Assembly: GCA_963693365.1 (NCBI GenBank)
Contig: CAVNZM010000013.1
Coordinates: 2,505,817 to 2,569,816 of the forward strand
Direction of reading: 5' to 3'
Source: Amoebidium appalachense
Taxonomy: Eukaryota; Protista; Ichthyosporea
DNA: 64,000 nt
The notes beneath the pieces were generated by a model. The model was not told the DNA's origin, ran no database searches, and saw nothing but the letters and a program-made list of their open reading frames with translations. This document shows positions 19,165 to 32,456 of the stretch, in pieces. A program made the translations under genes and the position numbers. The first letter of the stretch is position 1; each line of letters opens with the position of its first letter.

Positions 19165-20547
19165 GTACTGTGTGCACAACCCTGCCTTGCAAGCACCGTT
19201 CGCAATGGACCTTTGAGCACTGTAAAATTATTGGTACTGTGTTTGCCACTCTTTGTAACTGGAACTATGGATGAAGTTAGTGCTTTGTTCTTTTGGCACT
19301 GTGTGCGAACTGTATGGACACTTTGAATTGTACCGTATGCATGGCTCCCTCGAGTGGAATCAGTTTGTATGTAAAGCTACATGAGCTTCTACTGGTGAAA
19401 TGATAAGCTAGGGTATTCATTAGTAACGCTCCTTCGGGGGCTCTGTGCGCGGCTCCAATCACACATCATAGGTACCATAATCACTGTGTGCACAGCGCAC
19501 GCATAGAAAGCATATTGGGTATTGTATGCAGAGCCATAGCACTGATATGGGTGGCCCTAACATGGATAGCTGCTAGAGCCCTGCGGTGGTACTGGGTGCA
19601 TACCCAGTGGCAATAGCTAAAATATAGGCGGGCTTTCCAACTTACCGGGTGTAGATCATGAAGAATATTTACACATGCTTAACCAGGACTGCACGCGATC
19701 AAAAAGGTTTGTAAGGCTCTGTTACAGTACTGACGGTATAATCCTGGGCCCGGGCCCAACTATGTACTCTAAATATTTCCTGATGTTTCCCGGATCCTGC
19801 AACGTTCATGATCATATGATCGATCTCGATGCTGATTCGGAACCACACGTTGTGGACGACGTCGTGTTTTGGCCTGTATGCGAGCATACGAGGAAAAAAA
19901 AAGATTTCCCGTCACGATAACATAGCTAATAATCCCTACTTTTTTGTTTGTTTTAAGTGCTGCCGTGTTCAATAAAGCATCGGTGACACTTGACAAAGGG
20001 AAACACACGTCTTTTGAAACACGTGTTACCCATGCTGCAACATGACTGCGAGAATTGGCCGCGGAACTAAGAAACAAAGCAAGCTAAGTTCGTGTCACAG
20101 CTCGGAGTGAGCTCGAGGAGCCTCGCTTGTTTATTTTCTCACTTTTGAGTTCAACACACAATCTCCACCGTAAAACGTGTGTACCGTTGAACATAGAGAA
20201 CATGCCCGGATCCGGATCCACTGAGATTGAATGTCATGATCGGGGGGTGGTGAATCTTGAAATCTTGTCGAGCGCGGCAAAAATAGGCTGTGATGGCCAA
20301 GACTTGGCCATGGCGTTAATCGTCTTTCTATATAATATTATTATGTATGACCATGTTCGTGCTTGCTTTCCGATTAACAGTTGTATTAAGTCTTAGGTCT
20401 TATTAAGCGTGCTTTCACGTGCCATATTTCCTTTAACGCAACACTTAACAGCTTTGCGGAAATGTCATGCATTATACTATGCATGGCTGTTTGCTTTACT
20501 TCGCTCAACATTCATTCATTTTGATTCGCCACCAGCCACGTACCCAT

Positions 20548-21031
20548 TGACGTCATCCAAAATACTCTGAGCCGGCCGGCCCGGCGTTGGCGCCGGCCGG
20601 TGGATCGCCGGGTGGACCTTATCTGGAGGCTTAACAAAACAGCATAATACATCATTCACGGCCATTACAAATATACAAATTTGAGTTAAATTTGGCAATA
20701 ACTAGAGCAGGGCATTAGCCTTGTACGTTTGCATGAACATATGCATGGCTATGACCAGCAGCTCCGCAGCCGGTTGAGAAGGGCTTTCTATAGTGCAGTT
20801 TCCATTGCGTATATATCATACGATGGTGTTGGCGTAAACTTTCTGCTTTTTACATACCAGCTTTCGGAACGTCTGATTGGCTCGAATTCAAAAGGAACGT
20901 CACCACCGATGCGCGGCTCCTGAGGGTTTCCTCTTTGAACCTTAAATTTACGAGGTAGAATATCTTCATTGAACGCTAAATAATAAATTCATGTTCAATG
21001 AATATGTAATAACTTTACTTTTTATAATAAA
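20548..21031 (+). promoter_or_regulatory. Putative promoter of the SERTA-like gene (CRE, CCAAT box, TATA-like element)
   Basis: TGACGTCA at 20548-20555, CTGATTGGCT at 20873-20882 and TTTATAATAAA near 21021. A probable 5' UTR intron runs from gtgagt at about 21217 to cag at 21735. Confidence 0.35.
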
Positions 21032-21746
21032 ATTCCAAATATCAAGCCCATTTTTGTCTTTCAGCACTCACTCCACCACTCTTGCCCATTTTGGTGCGGA
21101 ATCTGAACCGTTTCTTTGGCTTAGGATCACGCGCACCAGCTTTACACTTTGTGTTTTTGCCTGAAGCATGCCGTTCAAAAGTTTTGAAGTCGCGGACATC
21201 CGACAAAGACGCGTTCGTGAGTTGGTGGGTAGGGGTGGTTTTTCTTTTTTTTTTTCTTTTCTCTCCTTTTTTTTTTAAGGCGGAGAGGGTTCAGCTTTTT
21301 ATTATTAAGCTTTTGAAGCAGGTATTATTGATACGTGAATGCTTAATGTACCCATATTCTTGTATGTTCAGCGAAGAAGCCAAAAAAATTTGTCAGGTCG
21401 TTACTGTGGGCAAGCCGTTGACTCAACGGAAACCGTCTGAGTTCCCGGTGTCATTATTCTTTCTTCTCACCTCGACTTAAAACAGCAACATCCCCCGGAA
21501 CTACATTATCTCGCAGTAAGCAACGCGGAGGCTACATACGGTTATGCAAGCAGCACTTCGCTTTTCGACGTATGCAATACCGTTTTTTCACGAAGATTCG
21601 TACTGGTTAACCTACCTTTATGTATCATAACGAAGCAGCGGGTTTTTTCCTTTTTTCTAGCATCACCAACACCTTTTTTTCTTGATCATCTTTTTCCAAA
21701 ATCTCCTTTTTTCCCTTCTTCCGTTCAATATTTCAGCCGCTGCAAT

Positions 21747-22806
21747 ATGGCAGAAGCGTGGTCCCTGTCGCCTCCTAACACAGTCGACGTCTCCTTCGAG
21801 CGGTTCATCCTCCGTGTTTCCTCAAGAAAGCTCAGAGTCCAACAACACCGCTCCCGGCTCCTGAATTCTGTTTTGATACAAAACATCCACGACAAGGCAT
21901 TAGATGTGGTTACGCGTGCAAATACCACCAACGCATTATGCCGCGGCATCCAAAGGGACGGGTTGCGAAAGTCTCGTAGGAAAATTCCGCGAGCTAGTCT
22001 ACGAAAACCAAACACGGAAATGAGCATGTGGGACGTTGTCGAAGAGGAAGATAGATTAAAGAGGCAACGGGAGGAAGACCGCATGTGCGGCAATAGGAAA
22101 AAGACTCGATGTGATAGCGATAGCTACGAAAAATCCGAATCATGAGACCATGGGAATAATCACACCCTCTCCGTCGCCACCGAAAGAAACGGCTGATGAT
22201 GCTGACTTTGCCATGGAAGAGGTAATCCTCCATTCCCTCTCTCCCTTCGGCTGAACTGTTGTAATTGCAAACTGTACTGTGTTGTTGTTATTTACTTGGT
22301 CTCTTTTGCACTCCTCATCACTCACCACATATAGCTATGTTTTTGACCGTTCGCACCATATCACTTTTGTGGGGTGGGGTGGGGAAAAAGTAGGGGGGTG
22401 GGGAGGGGGAGGAGATGATCGACTTACCGAGAGGGTGGATTGGACAGTTTGCACGACACAACGTTATTGTTGTCTTGTTCACAACTCTTGTGCATGCCTT
22501 GTATAGTGCTGTTTGACTTCGTGTCTTTTTTGTTTTGAGACATTTCGAAACTCTTTTTCAGCCAGCTTTTGTGTGTGCCGCTTCGACACTTTTTGACTAC
22601 TCAATCTTTTCGGCTTTTTCTCTTTGAGGCATCCGTTTCGAGGCCTCCCGATTCTATGGCATTAACTGTCTGTTCTTTTTCTTTTTTTGCAGGACCAAGT
22701 GGTCGAAAGCTGCGGTGATGCTTCAAGGGCAGAGGAAGAAGACTTTTTGGCTTCATCTTCCATCATGGGCATTGCCTACCTGCTGAAGCAGACCACCGCC
22801 ATGTGA
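21747..22806 (+). CDS. SERTA-domain-like protein, 2 coding exons, one apparent +1 frameshift
   Basis: ERFILRVSSRKL...LLNSVLIQN matches the SERTA pattern (R..IL..S..KL...L..SVLI.N). Removing one A from A5 at 22129-22133 extends the frame to donor GAG|gtaatc (22221) and exon 22693-22806, which is acidic and ends in TGA. Confidence 0.65.
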
Positions 22807-23705
22807 ATGAAACATTTCTACAAAAGACAAGCTAAGTGTAGATTTTTTTTAAAGATCTTAGAACGAATACTGTCTACATCGTAATAGAATCCGGTGTTGC
22901 CGCGTTAGGTATACCACCTTATTACTGTTAACTTAGGACCACGGGGAAAATCAGTCGAGGTTTTTCTGCCCATGATTTGCTTTGCGGCAAGAAAACCATA
23001 AAAACGAAGATGAGCCAAGTTGAAGTTGTTAGAATGAGGTTATAGTAGAGCGCGTACCTGTTGCACGCGGGCGTGCGGTACCTGCATGCTAAGTGTTACT
23101 GTGGGTGGTCTGCAAAATGGCAAGCCCTTCCCCCTGCACGATAGCGTCTTCAGGTGCCTGGTGCACGTGCCCCGTATATATTGAGAGGGCTGCCACGCGG
23201 TGCCAGAAGAGCACTTAGAAAAACAAATGAAATATCGAGTTGAAATACACGATTTGAAGTGGTGCAGTTGTTGGTCCATGAGAGATCCACCCCACCACAC
23301 GCCAAGTTCGCCCTCATTAAGCCATAACGTACCTGTGTTTGCAGTTGTGTGTGCGAGTGTTTCCAACTGTTGGGCAGTTTATTAAATCGGTGGGGCCGGC
23401 CAAGACGGCAACCAGATGGTGCTGTTGGGTTCTTACTGCACAATCCATGTTCAATGATTCATGACTGAACAAGAAGTAACAGTAGACACGAACGGGTGCA
23501 GTATAAACATGGCCATGGTTTATTTGTTATGATCTAAGGCCACAAGCTAACAGCGGCTGGACGACGTCGTGTACTGAGCTGGAGACGGGAATAGGTGTAC
23601 ATCACCGCGGTATTTTATAATGTATACAACATACAACCGTCATATGTGCTTCGCAATTCTCACTAAAAACATGCAATTAAACCTCTTTGCAACCATTTAA
23701 AATCA

Positions 23706-23954
23706 TGTATGTATGTATGTACTGTTCCTGCACCATCCTGCATGCCTAGGTACACCGGCGTACAAAAAAAAAAAAACGTCTATTCTCATATGCACGGGGA
23801 AAACCAGCGCCAAAGTGCATGCACAATATATGTATGTATGTACGGTACTGTTCCTGCATCATCCTGCATGCCTAGGTACACCGGCGTACAAAAAAAAAAA
23901 AAAACGTCTATTCACATATGCACGGGGGAAAACCAGCGCCAAAGTGCATGCACA
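23706..23954. repeat. Tandem duplication of ~120 bp
   Basis: Two near-identical copies of GTACTGTTCCTGCA...CCAGCGCCAAAGTGCATGCACA, starting at about 23706 and 23831. Confidence 0.92.
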
Positions 23955-24325
23955 TTATATGGGTGGCTACACGAGAAACACAGCGTGCAAATAAACACAC
24001 TGTATGCAGCTCAAAAATGCACCACTGGGAGAATAAACACCCAAGGCCTCCAACAAAGCCGCACACAAATTTTGACCTCACCACATCTATAGTAGGAGGA
24101 ACCAAAAAATAGTACATAATCCGTACCCAAAATATAGACAGTGTAAACCATGTCAATAGCATAAATCTTAAACATATTGGATCGCCATACACCAGCTTTC
24201 CGCAATAAATATATGAAAATTTCATCGCACACTTGCCAACACGACGTCTTTGTAGGGCGGCACGAATTTCTTCTTCACACAAATTCTCACAGCAAATTGT
24301 TTGCATTTCTGCACAGATGTTGCCT

Positions 24326-24766
24326 TTAGATAACCGCTATCACATCTATCGAAGCAAGCCCCCAATAGAGCACCAGGTTAGACAGGTTTGCAAAAACATG
24401 GAGACCCATGTGGTATTTCGACGACACGTCCAGCTTCTTCTGTTTGCCGTGCACCCTCGCGTTATAATAACATCCCAGGCCCAAAGACACAAGAGCTGCA
24501 TACATCAACCCGGCGTATAACGGAAGGTGTAGGGACCAGAGCATGTGCGTAATCAGGCAGAAAAAAGCCACGGCCATGTCGATACTTCTCCTCCAACCTA
24601 CCACGGGATGTCTCCAGTAATTTATGGACGTGATGAGCATTAACCATCCAGAAATGACGAAAAATGTGTGGCCCAAGGTGAAGGCGTAGTAGACACTAAC
24701 CCCAGCGAGAACTGAGGAGCGTAGGAGCCGTTGGGAGAACTCGGGCGGGAGGACTAGTTGAGTCAT
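24326..24766 (-). CDS. Intronless multi-pass membrane protein, 146 aa (TSINYW...WRRxxD...HxxxH)
   Basis: Clean ORF from ATG 24766 to TAA, with several hydrophobic segments and conserved-looking motifs TSINYWRHP, WRRSID and YHMGLH. Confidence 0.8.
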   Translation of the reverse strand: MTQLVLPPEFSQRLLRSSVLAGVSVYYAFTLGHTFFVISGWLMLITSINYWRHPVVGWRRSIDMAVAFFCLITHMLWSLHLPLYAGLMYAALVSLGLGCYYNARVHGKQKKLDVSSKYHMGLHVFANLSNLVLYWGLASIDVIAVI

Positions 24767-25255
24767 GTTTGCTTTCAAACGCTTAGAGCGGAATAGCAGG
24801 TAAAGGGATGGAAACTAATGCGTCACGATGGCAAAAAGTGTGAAGAGGCTATGTGGTGGAGTCTGGTTTGAAGATTTTCGCTTTGTGAAAAATGATCACA
24901 TGAAGTGGCTACACATGCAAGCGGATCAAGGCTGTGGGCAAGAGACGCAAACAACGGGGTCCTCGTGATAGTTTAGGCCGATGCAAGTGTTAATACTATA
25001 TACTATATTCAATTTCTGAATATGGTCTTTGTTGCGTATCGCTCTTAAGTGCCACGTAAGGTGCACAGTGAGTAAACCAATGTGTATGTCAACACACAAA
25101 AAAGCCTAACACGTACTGACGTGTTGCCGCACGTGTGACGTTATACATCTACTTGAGGCGAAAGGAGACACCGCCTCAGTAGGTGGTAGCAAAAAGCCGA
25201 CTTGAACTGTCACAAACATTTTTGGAGCATTAAGTTTCCCTGTGAATGATACGTA

Positions 25256-25466
25256 GCCTAAACTGCCATAGCATCCTTTAATGTATCTACATTGCAATCG
25301 CTTTGTATCACAACAACTCTTAATCAAACAGATAGATTCGTTAAATCTGGCGTACCATTCAAGGCCTCCTAAATAGCACACCATTTAGGAGGCCTTGGTA
25401 CCATTCGCTACTTGAATCTAAAAGAGCGATTGCAATTGTACAATCTTGGATTATGGCACACTTAGG
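25256..25466. repeat. Degenerate foldback palindrome, MITE-like
   Basis: Nested inverted pairs around about 25378: CAAGGCCTCCTAAAT/ATTTAGGAGGCCTTG, TAGATTC/GAATCTA, ATTGCAATCGCT/AGCGATTGCAAT and TGCCATA/TATGGCA. Confidence 0.7.
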
Positions 25467-25957
25467 AGCAATAGACTGTCTTGGGTCGCTGCTCTCTCAA
25501 GGTCACTGTGTTCACACCAACTTCGCAGTGATAGTGTGATGGTGTGTAGACAGTAATAGCATAGTACATGCTGTGATTTAATCACTAGCAAACGCAGTTT
25601 TCTTTACTGGTGTGCTTTTTTGTCCTTTCTTTATGCTTGGTTCCTTGGGGCACCATATGTTTTTCTATTATTTATTCTCTTAAGTTTTGTTCAATCCAAC
25701 TCGAAGTTATAGTCACATGTACGGGCACGCAAGGTTTTCTCATAGACAACAGTAGCACAGGACAAACACTTATCATTTTCTTTCTGAATCTATATGGTTG
25801 AACACAGACACTCTTCTTCTTCCTGGCTTTTCTTCTGGTTTACTTGTTTCGTTAACGCATTTTAATCTCCCTTACACCACCCGCACGTTCCTGTACGCAG
25901 TGTACCCTGCCGTTAGTTAGTGTTTCTTCCCTGTGTTATTTTCCATTCTCAGAAAAC

Positions 25958-26209
25958 ATGAGTCAGCCGGGAAACATCGTGTCCTCCTATAACCGCGAGG
26001 AGGACATGTGCCAAAATTGCAAGTTCCCGACGGAAATTGTGGAAGACTTTGCGGCAGGGGACCTCATATGCACTAACTGTGGCTTGGTGCTTTCTGAAAG
26101 GTGTGTGGAGCAGGTCAATGTTTTAATTTTTTACCTTGATAGTTGTTTGTTTTAGTTCCTTTCCCTTATCTCTTTCCCCCCCCCCCCCGTTCACTCACTC
26201 ACTCACTCA

Positions 26210-26307
<98 letters not shown>

Positions 26308-26973
26308 CTTTCCCGACCTCCCTCTCTCTCGCTCCTACCCTCTGCCCTCTCCCCTCCTTTCCTCTCTCTGTCATCCTTCCTCTCTTCATCTCCCGGCCCT
26401 CCCTATCTCCCTTGCTCCCTCCTCCCTCTCGCTCTACCCTCCACACACTCGATTCCCTAGCCCCTCCGTGCCCCCCCCCCCCCTCCCCCCACCCCCTCCC
26501 CCACCCGCCACCCCCTTCTCCCCTCCTGGTTTGCCCACACATCCCTCCTCCCCCCTCTCCTCTTAATCCACCCCTCCTCTTCCCCATATAAGAACCCACA
26601 CATAGCATCCCTCCCACGCCCACAAATACACACGCTCTCGGGGGAAAATTCTACAAGCCCAACCCAGCTGCGCTTATCTGCCTACTTTTCCCCATTTTTA
26701 ATCGGGGGTTTTTTTTTGGATTGCTGCTCGTTGAACAATCCTGGTCAAGATGGAGTTCATTTTGAGAGCCGCGAAAGCAAACTTCGGGCTGGGAACCACA
26801 TTTTCTTCATGAATGTGTACTCCGTACTGCGTAGCACAATTCAACTCCCCCCTTCCCCCTCCCCTCGCCCCCCCTTTCCCAAACACACACACTCACTCAC
26901 TCACTCACTCACTCACTCACTCACAAACACACACCTCGTCCCGACAACACACACCAACCCCACCATCCCCCCT

Positions 26974-27006
<33 letters not shown>

Positions 27007-27068
27007 TCCACACACACATACACACCGTCTCTCCTCCCCTCCCCCCTACCCCTCCCCCTCCCCCTTCC

Positions 27069-27108
<40 letters not shown>

Positions 27109-27713
27109 CACACACACACACACACAGGCTTGTCGATCTCTCCTCGGAATGGCGCACATTTTCCAACGACAATGCACCGACAAAGGACAAATCACGTGCC
27201 GGCCCAGCCGAAGATATGTTTGGGTCTTCGGGCCTCGGCCTGTCCACGTCGATTGTGGGTGCGGGGGATAGGGATGGCTCCAGTGCACTTGCCCGGCTGC
27301 AGAATAAGAGCACCATGCAGGCCGATGATAGGCAGCTGATGGATGCACAGAGGGTATGTGTGTGTGTGGGTGGGTGTATGTGTGTGTGTGTACGTATGGG
27401 TGTGTGTGTGTGTAAGTGGTGGTGGTGGTGGGGGAGGGGGGGGGGTGTGTGTGTGTGTGCGTGGGGAGGGGGGGGGGGTGTGTGGGTGGGGAGGGGGTGG
27501 AAGGGGGGAGGGGGGGGGGAGTTGGGGTATGTGTGGGTGTGCGGGGTGGGTGTGGGTGGGTTTGGGGGGGGGGGGGCTACGTGTGCATGGATTCCGTGCA
27601 TGTGTGTATGTACTTATAAGTGCATGGGTGGATGGGTGGCTGTGTGTGGGTAATCACAGAGCGTATGTGTGTTTATTCACACGGGTGCTTTGTTGGGGTA
27701 GTGGGTGACAGGC

Positions 27714-27777
<64 letters not shown>

Positions 27778-27868
27778 GCTACATGTATGTTTGCTGATGG
27801 GTCGGTCAGCCGGTGAGGGAACGGTTGTGTGTGTGTGCGATCGTGGTCATGGTGGTGGAGGGGGTGGA

Positions 27869-27905
<37 letters not shown>

Positions 27906-27931
27906 AGGTGGGGGCTTTCGGGCTTTTTGGT

Positions 27932-27966
<35 letters not shown>

Positions 27967-28268
27967 TGTGTGTGTGTTTTTTTTTGGGGGGGGGGGGGAA
28001 GGGGGGGGGGGGGGGGGGATAGAATGTGAAGTAGCAATGGATATAGGGGATAGACGCTGGTGGAGCAAGGAGGGGAAGAGGAGGGAGGGGGGGGGGAGGA
28101 GGGGGGCAGTGTGCCGTTCAAAGTGTTTGAATTTTTTTTTCCCACACATGCACACACACAAACTTGTTCAGTCACATCTGTGCACACTCACCCACTCACA
28201 CTAACATTTACATGAACACGACCTTCCCTTTCACAGCACTACCACCACCACCATCGACACTGTACATG

Positions 28269-28317
<49 letters not shown>

Positions 28318-28462
28318 TCCCATCCCCCTTCACACACACGAAATCTTTCCCCCCCCACACACCCACACCCACACACCCATTTAAATACACCTACCCAAAC
28401 CCCCCCCCCCCCCCAAAAAAAAAAAAAAAAAAAAAAACCCCCGCCCCCCTCCCACCCCCCCA

Positions 28463-28510
<48 letters not shown>

Positions 28511-28829
28511 ACACACACTAGGTTCTTAATCAGTTTGGTGAGCGCATGCAAGTCCCCGACGTCGTCGTGAAGATGGCCAAGGACCTTTTCCACCGCGTTT
28601 TCATCGAAAAAAAGATCAAGGGGAGACCCCTGGAGTCTGTGTGTGCAGCCTGCCTGTACATTTCGTGCAAGGACAGGCGTGTGCCCCGCACCTACAACGA
28701 GGTGGTGAAACTGACCCACCAGCCCAAAAAGGAGGTAGCAAAGTGTTATAAAATCATTAGCGAGTATTGCCGGGCCACTGCCGGTGCAAACAACTACCAG
28801 ACTGAAGGAGCACAGGTACTTGCCCCGAA

Positions 28830-28862
<33 letters not shown>

Positions 28863-29800
28863 TTCCCTCCTCTCCCGATAGCTCAATCGTTTCTTTTGGG
28901 GGGGGGGGGGGGGGGGGGGGGGGGTCAATTTTCTTTTCTCCATATGTGGCACCCTGTGCAGCATACCTGTATCCCGCCACCCCACCCTTCCCCCCTTTGG
29001 GGGAAGAATGGGCCAACACTCACGAAGGGTGGCAGTCCGAGCCTGGGCAGTACCTTTCTGGACGTACTGAAGTGCGGTTGAAAACTAGTTTTTGAGTCCG
29101 GTATTACTTCCTAATTTGGGTATAAATACTGATGTTAAATCTGTGTATTTTTTATAGCCGGTGGAGGCGTCGCAGTACCTCAGCCGGTTCAGCAGCCAGC
29201 TCAATCTGGACATGCGGACTCAAAATCTGGCAGAGCACGTGGCAAAGGCCGTCAAGGACCTGGGCATTGCTGGTAAAATTTAATTTTTTAACGTTAAAAC
29301 GTGAAACAAAGGGTGTTTTTTAGGGATAAATCTTGAAGATTCAGCTGTAGTAGAATGTGGGGGTTGTGTTGGATTCGCGTTGAATGTGGGTGTGCGAGTG
29401 CTTTCATTGGATAGACAGGCTCTGAGGTTTGGGTTGGGTACTGGTGTTAGGTTGGTGGTGTGGGTGTTATGAAACGGTTTTTTTTTTTTTTGTTGTTGTT
29501 GTTGTTGTTTTTTTGTTGTTGTTTTTTTTTGTTTTTTTTTGTTTTGTTTTTTTTTTTTGGGGGGGGGGGGGAGGGGGGGGGCACGTGAGTTGCTATTATG
29601 CATCCAACCCTTTATTTTTCTTTCACATATTTTGGTAGGGTTTTTTTTTTTTTTTTTTGGTGGGGGGGGGAGGGGGGGGGGGACTAAGCGGCATATGCAT
29701 GAGGGTTACGGACTCTCTGTGTGCGGATCATTCTTTGCTTGTCTGACGTTGGTGGTGTTGGCACTCTGTGCTTCTCCCCACACTCGTATCTCCCCTCCCC

Positions 29801-29838
<38 letters not shown>

Positions 29839-30004
29839 CGACTCCACCCAAACCCACACACACATACGCACACACACATTCACACACACACGATCCCCAC
29901 CACCATCTCACCCATCCACAACTTTCCCGTCTGTCTCTAGGTACGTAGGTACGTTTAGTTGTGTCGTGTTTGCATGAGCACTTTACTGCTTTATTTCATG
30001 GGTG

Positions 30005-30037
<33 letters not shown>

Positions 30038-30302
30038 GGTTCAACCTCTTATGATACATCCCCCCCTCCCCCCCCCCCCCCCCCCCCCCCTCTCCTTCTC
30101 CGCCATCCTCCCCCCTCCACCCCACGTCCCTATCTCCGCCCTTCCCTTCTTTTTAAAACGCATGTGCTCACACACACTCAACCGCGCGTCCGCCCATACA
30201 CAGACCCGTGCACACATACCCCCCAGACACACACATACACATTGCCCTCTCCCCTCCCCCCCAACCCCAGCTGCCCATACACACGCACCCCCACAAACAC
30301 AA

Positions 30303-30362
<60 letters not shown>

Positions 30363-30638
30363 GCACGCACGCACGCACACAAATACACACACACAAATAC
30401 ACACACACACACAGGCGGACGTGGCCCCACCACGATCGCAGCCGCTGCGCTTTTCTTTGCCAGCCAGCTTGCAGACCCATCCATGCGCCGCTCCTTCAAG
30501 GAGGTTGGGGAGGTGGCAAGTGTCAGCGACACCACGATCAAGCAGGCATACAAAGTGCTGTATGGGGCAAGAGAGAGTCTGGTCACCGATAGGAGCTTGC
30601 TGGGGGGTAGGTCACTCGATGAGCTGCCACCGAACTGA
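25958..30638 (+). CDS. GTF2B: General transcription factor TFIIB, 5 exons, ~333 aa
   Basis: Exons 25958-26100, 27128-27353, 28522-28815, 29158-29272 and 30415-30638 (1002 nt). Zn ribbon CQNC...[12 protein letters not shown]-reader SEWRTFSND, and cyclin repeats ([12 protein letters not shown]; [10 protein letters not shown]; RSFKEV). Confidence 0.95.
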
Positions 30639-31517
30639 GTGGGAGATGACCCGGCGGGGGGCCGGGGGGGGGGGGGGGGGGGGGGGCCTGTTTTGGGGGT
30701 GTAGTTGTGTTGGAGGCGCAATTCTTATACTTTCAAACTAGGAGGAAGGAGGGTGGTGTTTGGGTATGGCGGTTGGGGCGCTAACTCTTTGAGCTTTTTC
30801 TCTTTTTTGGGGGGGGGGGGGGGGGGGAGGGGAGGGGGGGGGAGGGGAGGGGGGGGGGGGGGGGGGATAGCGGATAATTTGAGCTTCAGTGGACTATTGA
30901 AAGGAGTGTTTTTAAGTCTATACTGGATCGGCAAAGGGGGGGAGGGGGGGGGGGGGAGAGAGAGAGAGGTCCGGTTCTGCCCTTGCTTTGAGATTTCTTT
31001 TCGGATATTTGATTGTACGACATGCACCCAAGGTGTCTGTTAATATCGCTGCATGCAAAGGACACATACATGTGTGAAAGTGATATGTTTGATATTACTA
31101 ATGTATTGGATATACTTGTAAAAGATGTGATGAGATATATCCCGTGCTAGCAATGTGCTATTTGGGTACGTAGCCTTCGTAGGATGCTGAGCATACCCGC
31201 TTGTGGTCTGTTGGGAAAAAGCTCACCATAATAAAAACCAAGAAACCTACAGGCCAATAGGGTTACATGATGACGTTTTTTGCCAGCTCACCACAAGACT
31301 TACACCTTAACTTAGTCCTAATGCCACCACACACCATTATATGCCTGAGCTCAAGCGCATGCACGGACATACGCACACCTCATACTAACACTTCCGCGCG
31401 CGCACACGCGTGCGCGCGCGCGCACGCACACACACATGCAAAAAAATGCATTTTAAGGTGTCACACTCTCTTCCTCTCCAGGACACACACACGCACGCAC
31501 TTGCACAAGCACAAGCA

Positions 31518-31555
<38 letters not shown>

Positions 31556-31659
31556 CGGGCGCGTGCACACACACATGTACACGCATACGCACACATACAC
31601 ACACAAACTTTTACACCTCTCACAGTGACTATGACAAATCACAAATCATCTCTGGATTA

Positions 31660-31705
<46 letters not shown>

Positions 31706-32104
31706 CCACAATTAAACAAAAATAAAAAATAATAAATCCACCACCACCAATATATGCGCTCTAGACCTTGTGTTGTCGGTTAACTATGACTCTGCCGTTC
31801 GTACTCTATATTGCCTCGAGCTCTCGCTACACCCATTCCTCCTTTTTCCCCCGGGTTTCACTTCAAGAAAAACTTAAAGGGAGAAACAAAAGAAAAAGAA
31901 AGAAAAGGAGGGAAAGTGTGCAGAAGAAAAGAGTATCAAATGGAAGTCACCATGTGCAATGCGAGGGCTGCGCAAATTTAACTGACGGTTTTTGATCAAT
32001 TTATAGAGTCTTCGAGCAATACAACCCCCCCCCCCCCCTCCCCTCCCCCGCAAACACACCCAACACACCCACCCACGCCAACCAACCCCCCCCCCTCCCG
32101 CCAG

Positions 32105-32138
<34 letters not shown>

Positions 32139-32400
32139 ACACACACCCCTACACCCACACACACAAGGCTTCAATAGGCACGCACACGTGCACATGTCAT
32201 GGGGAAAGGCACGCACGCATGCAGACGCAAAGTTTACGCACGAATCAATGGACTCTTACACACACACCATAGGTGGTTGCGGTGATGTGTATACAAATAT
32301 CAGAGGCACACCGCAAGGTACATGAAACTTAGGCCTGACACACGCTTGCACACACGAAAGTACATACACAAAGGCACACACAGACAGTGTCACACACTGT

Positions 32401-32456
<56 letters not shown>

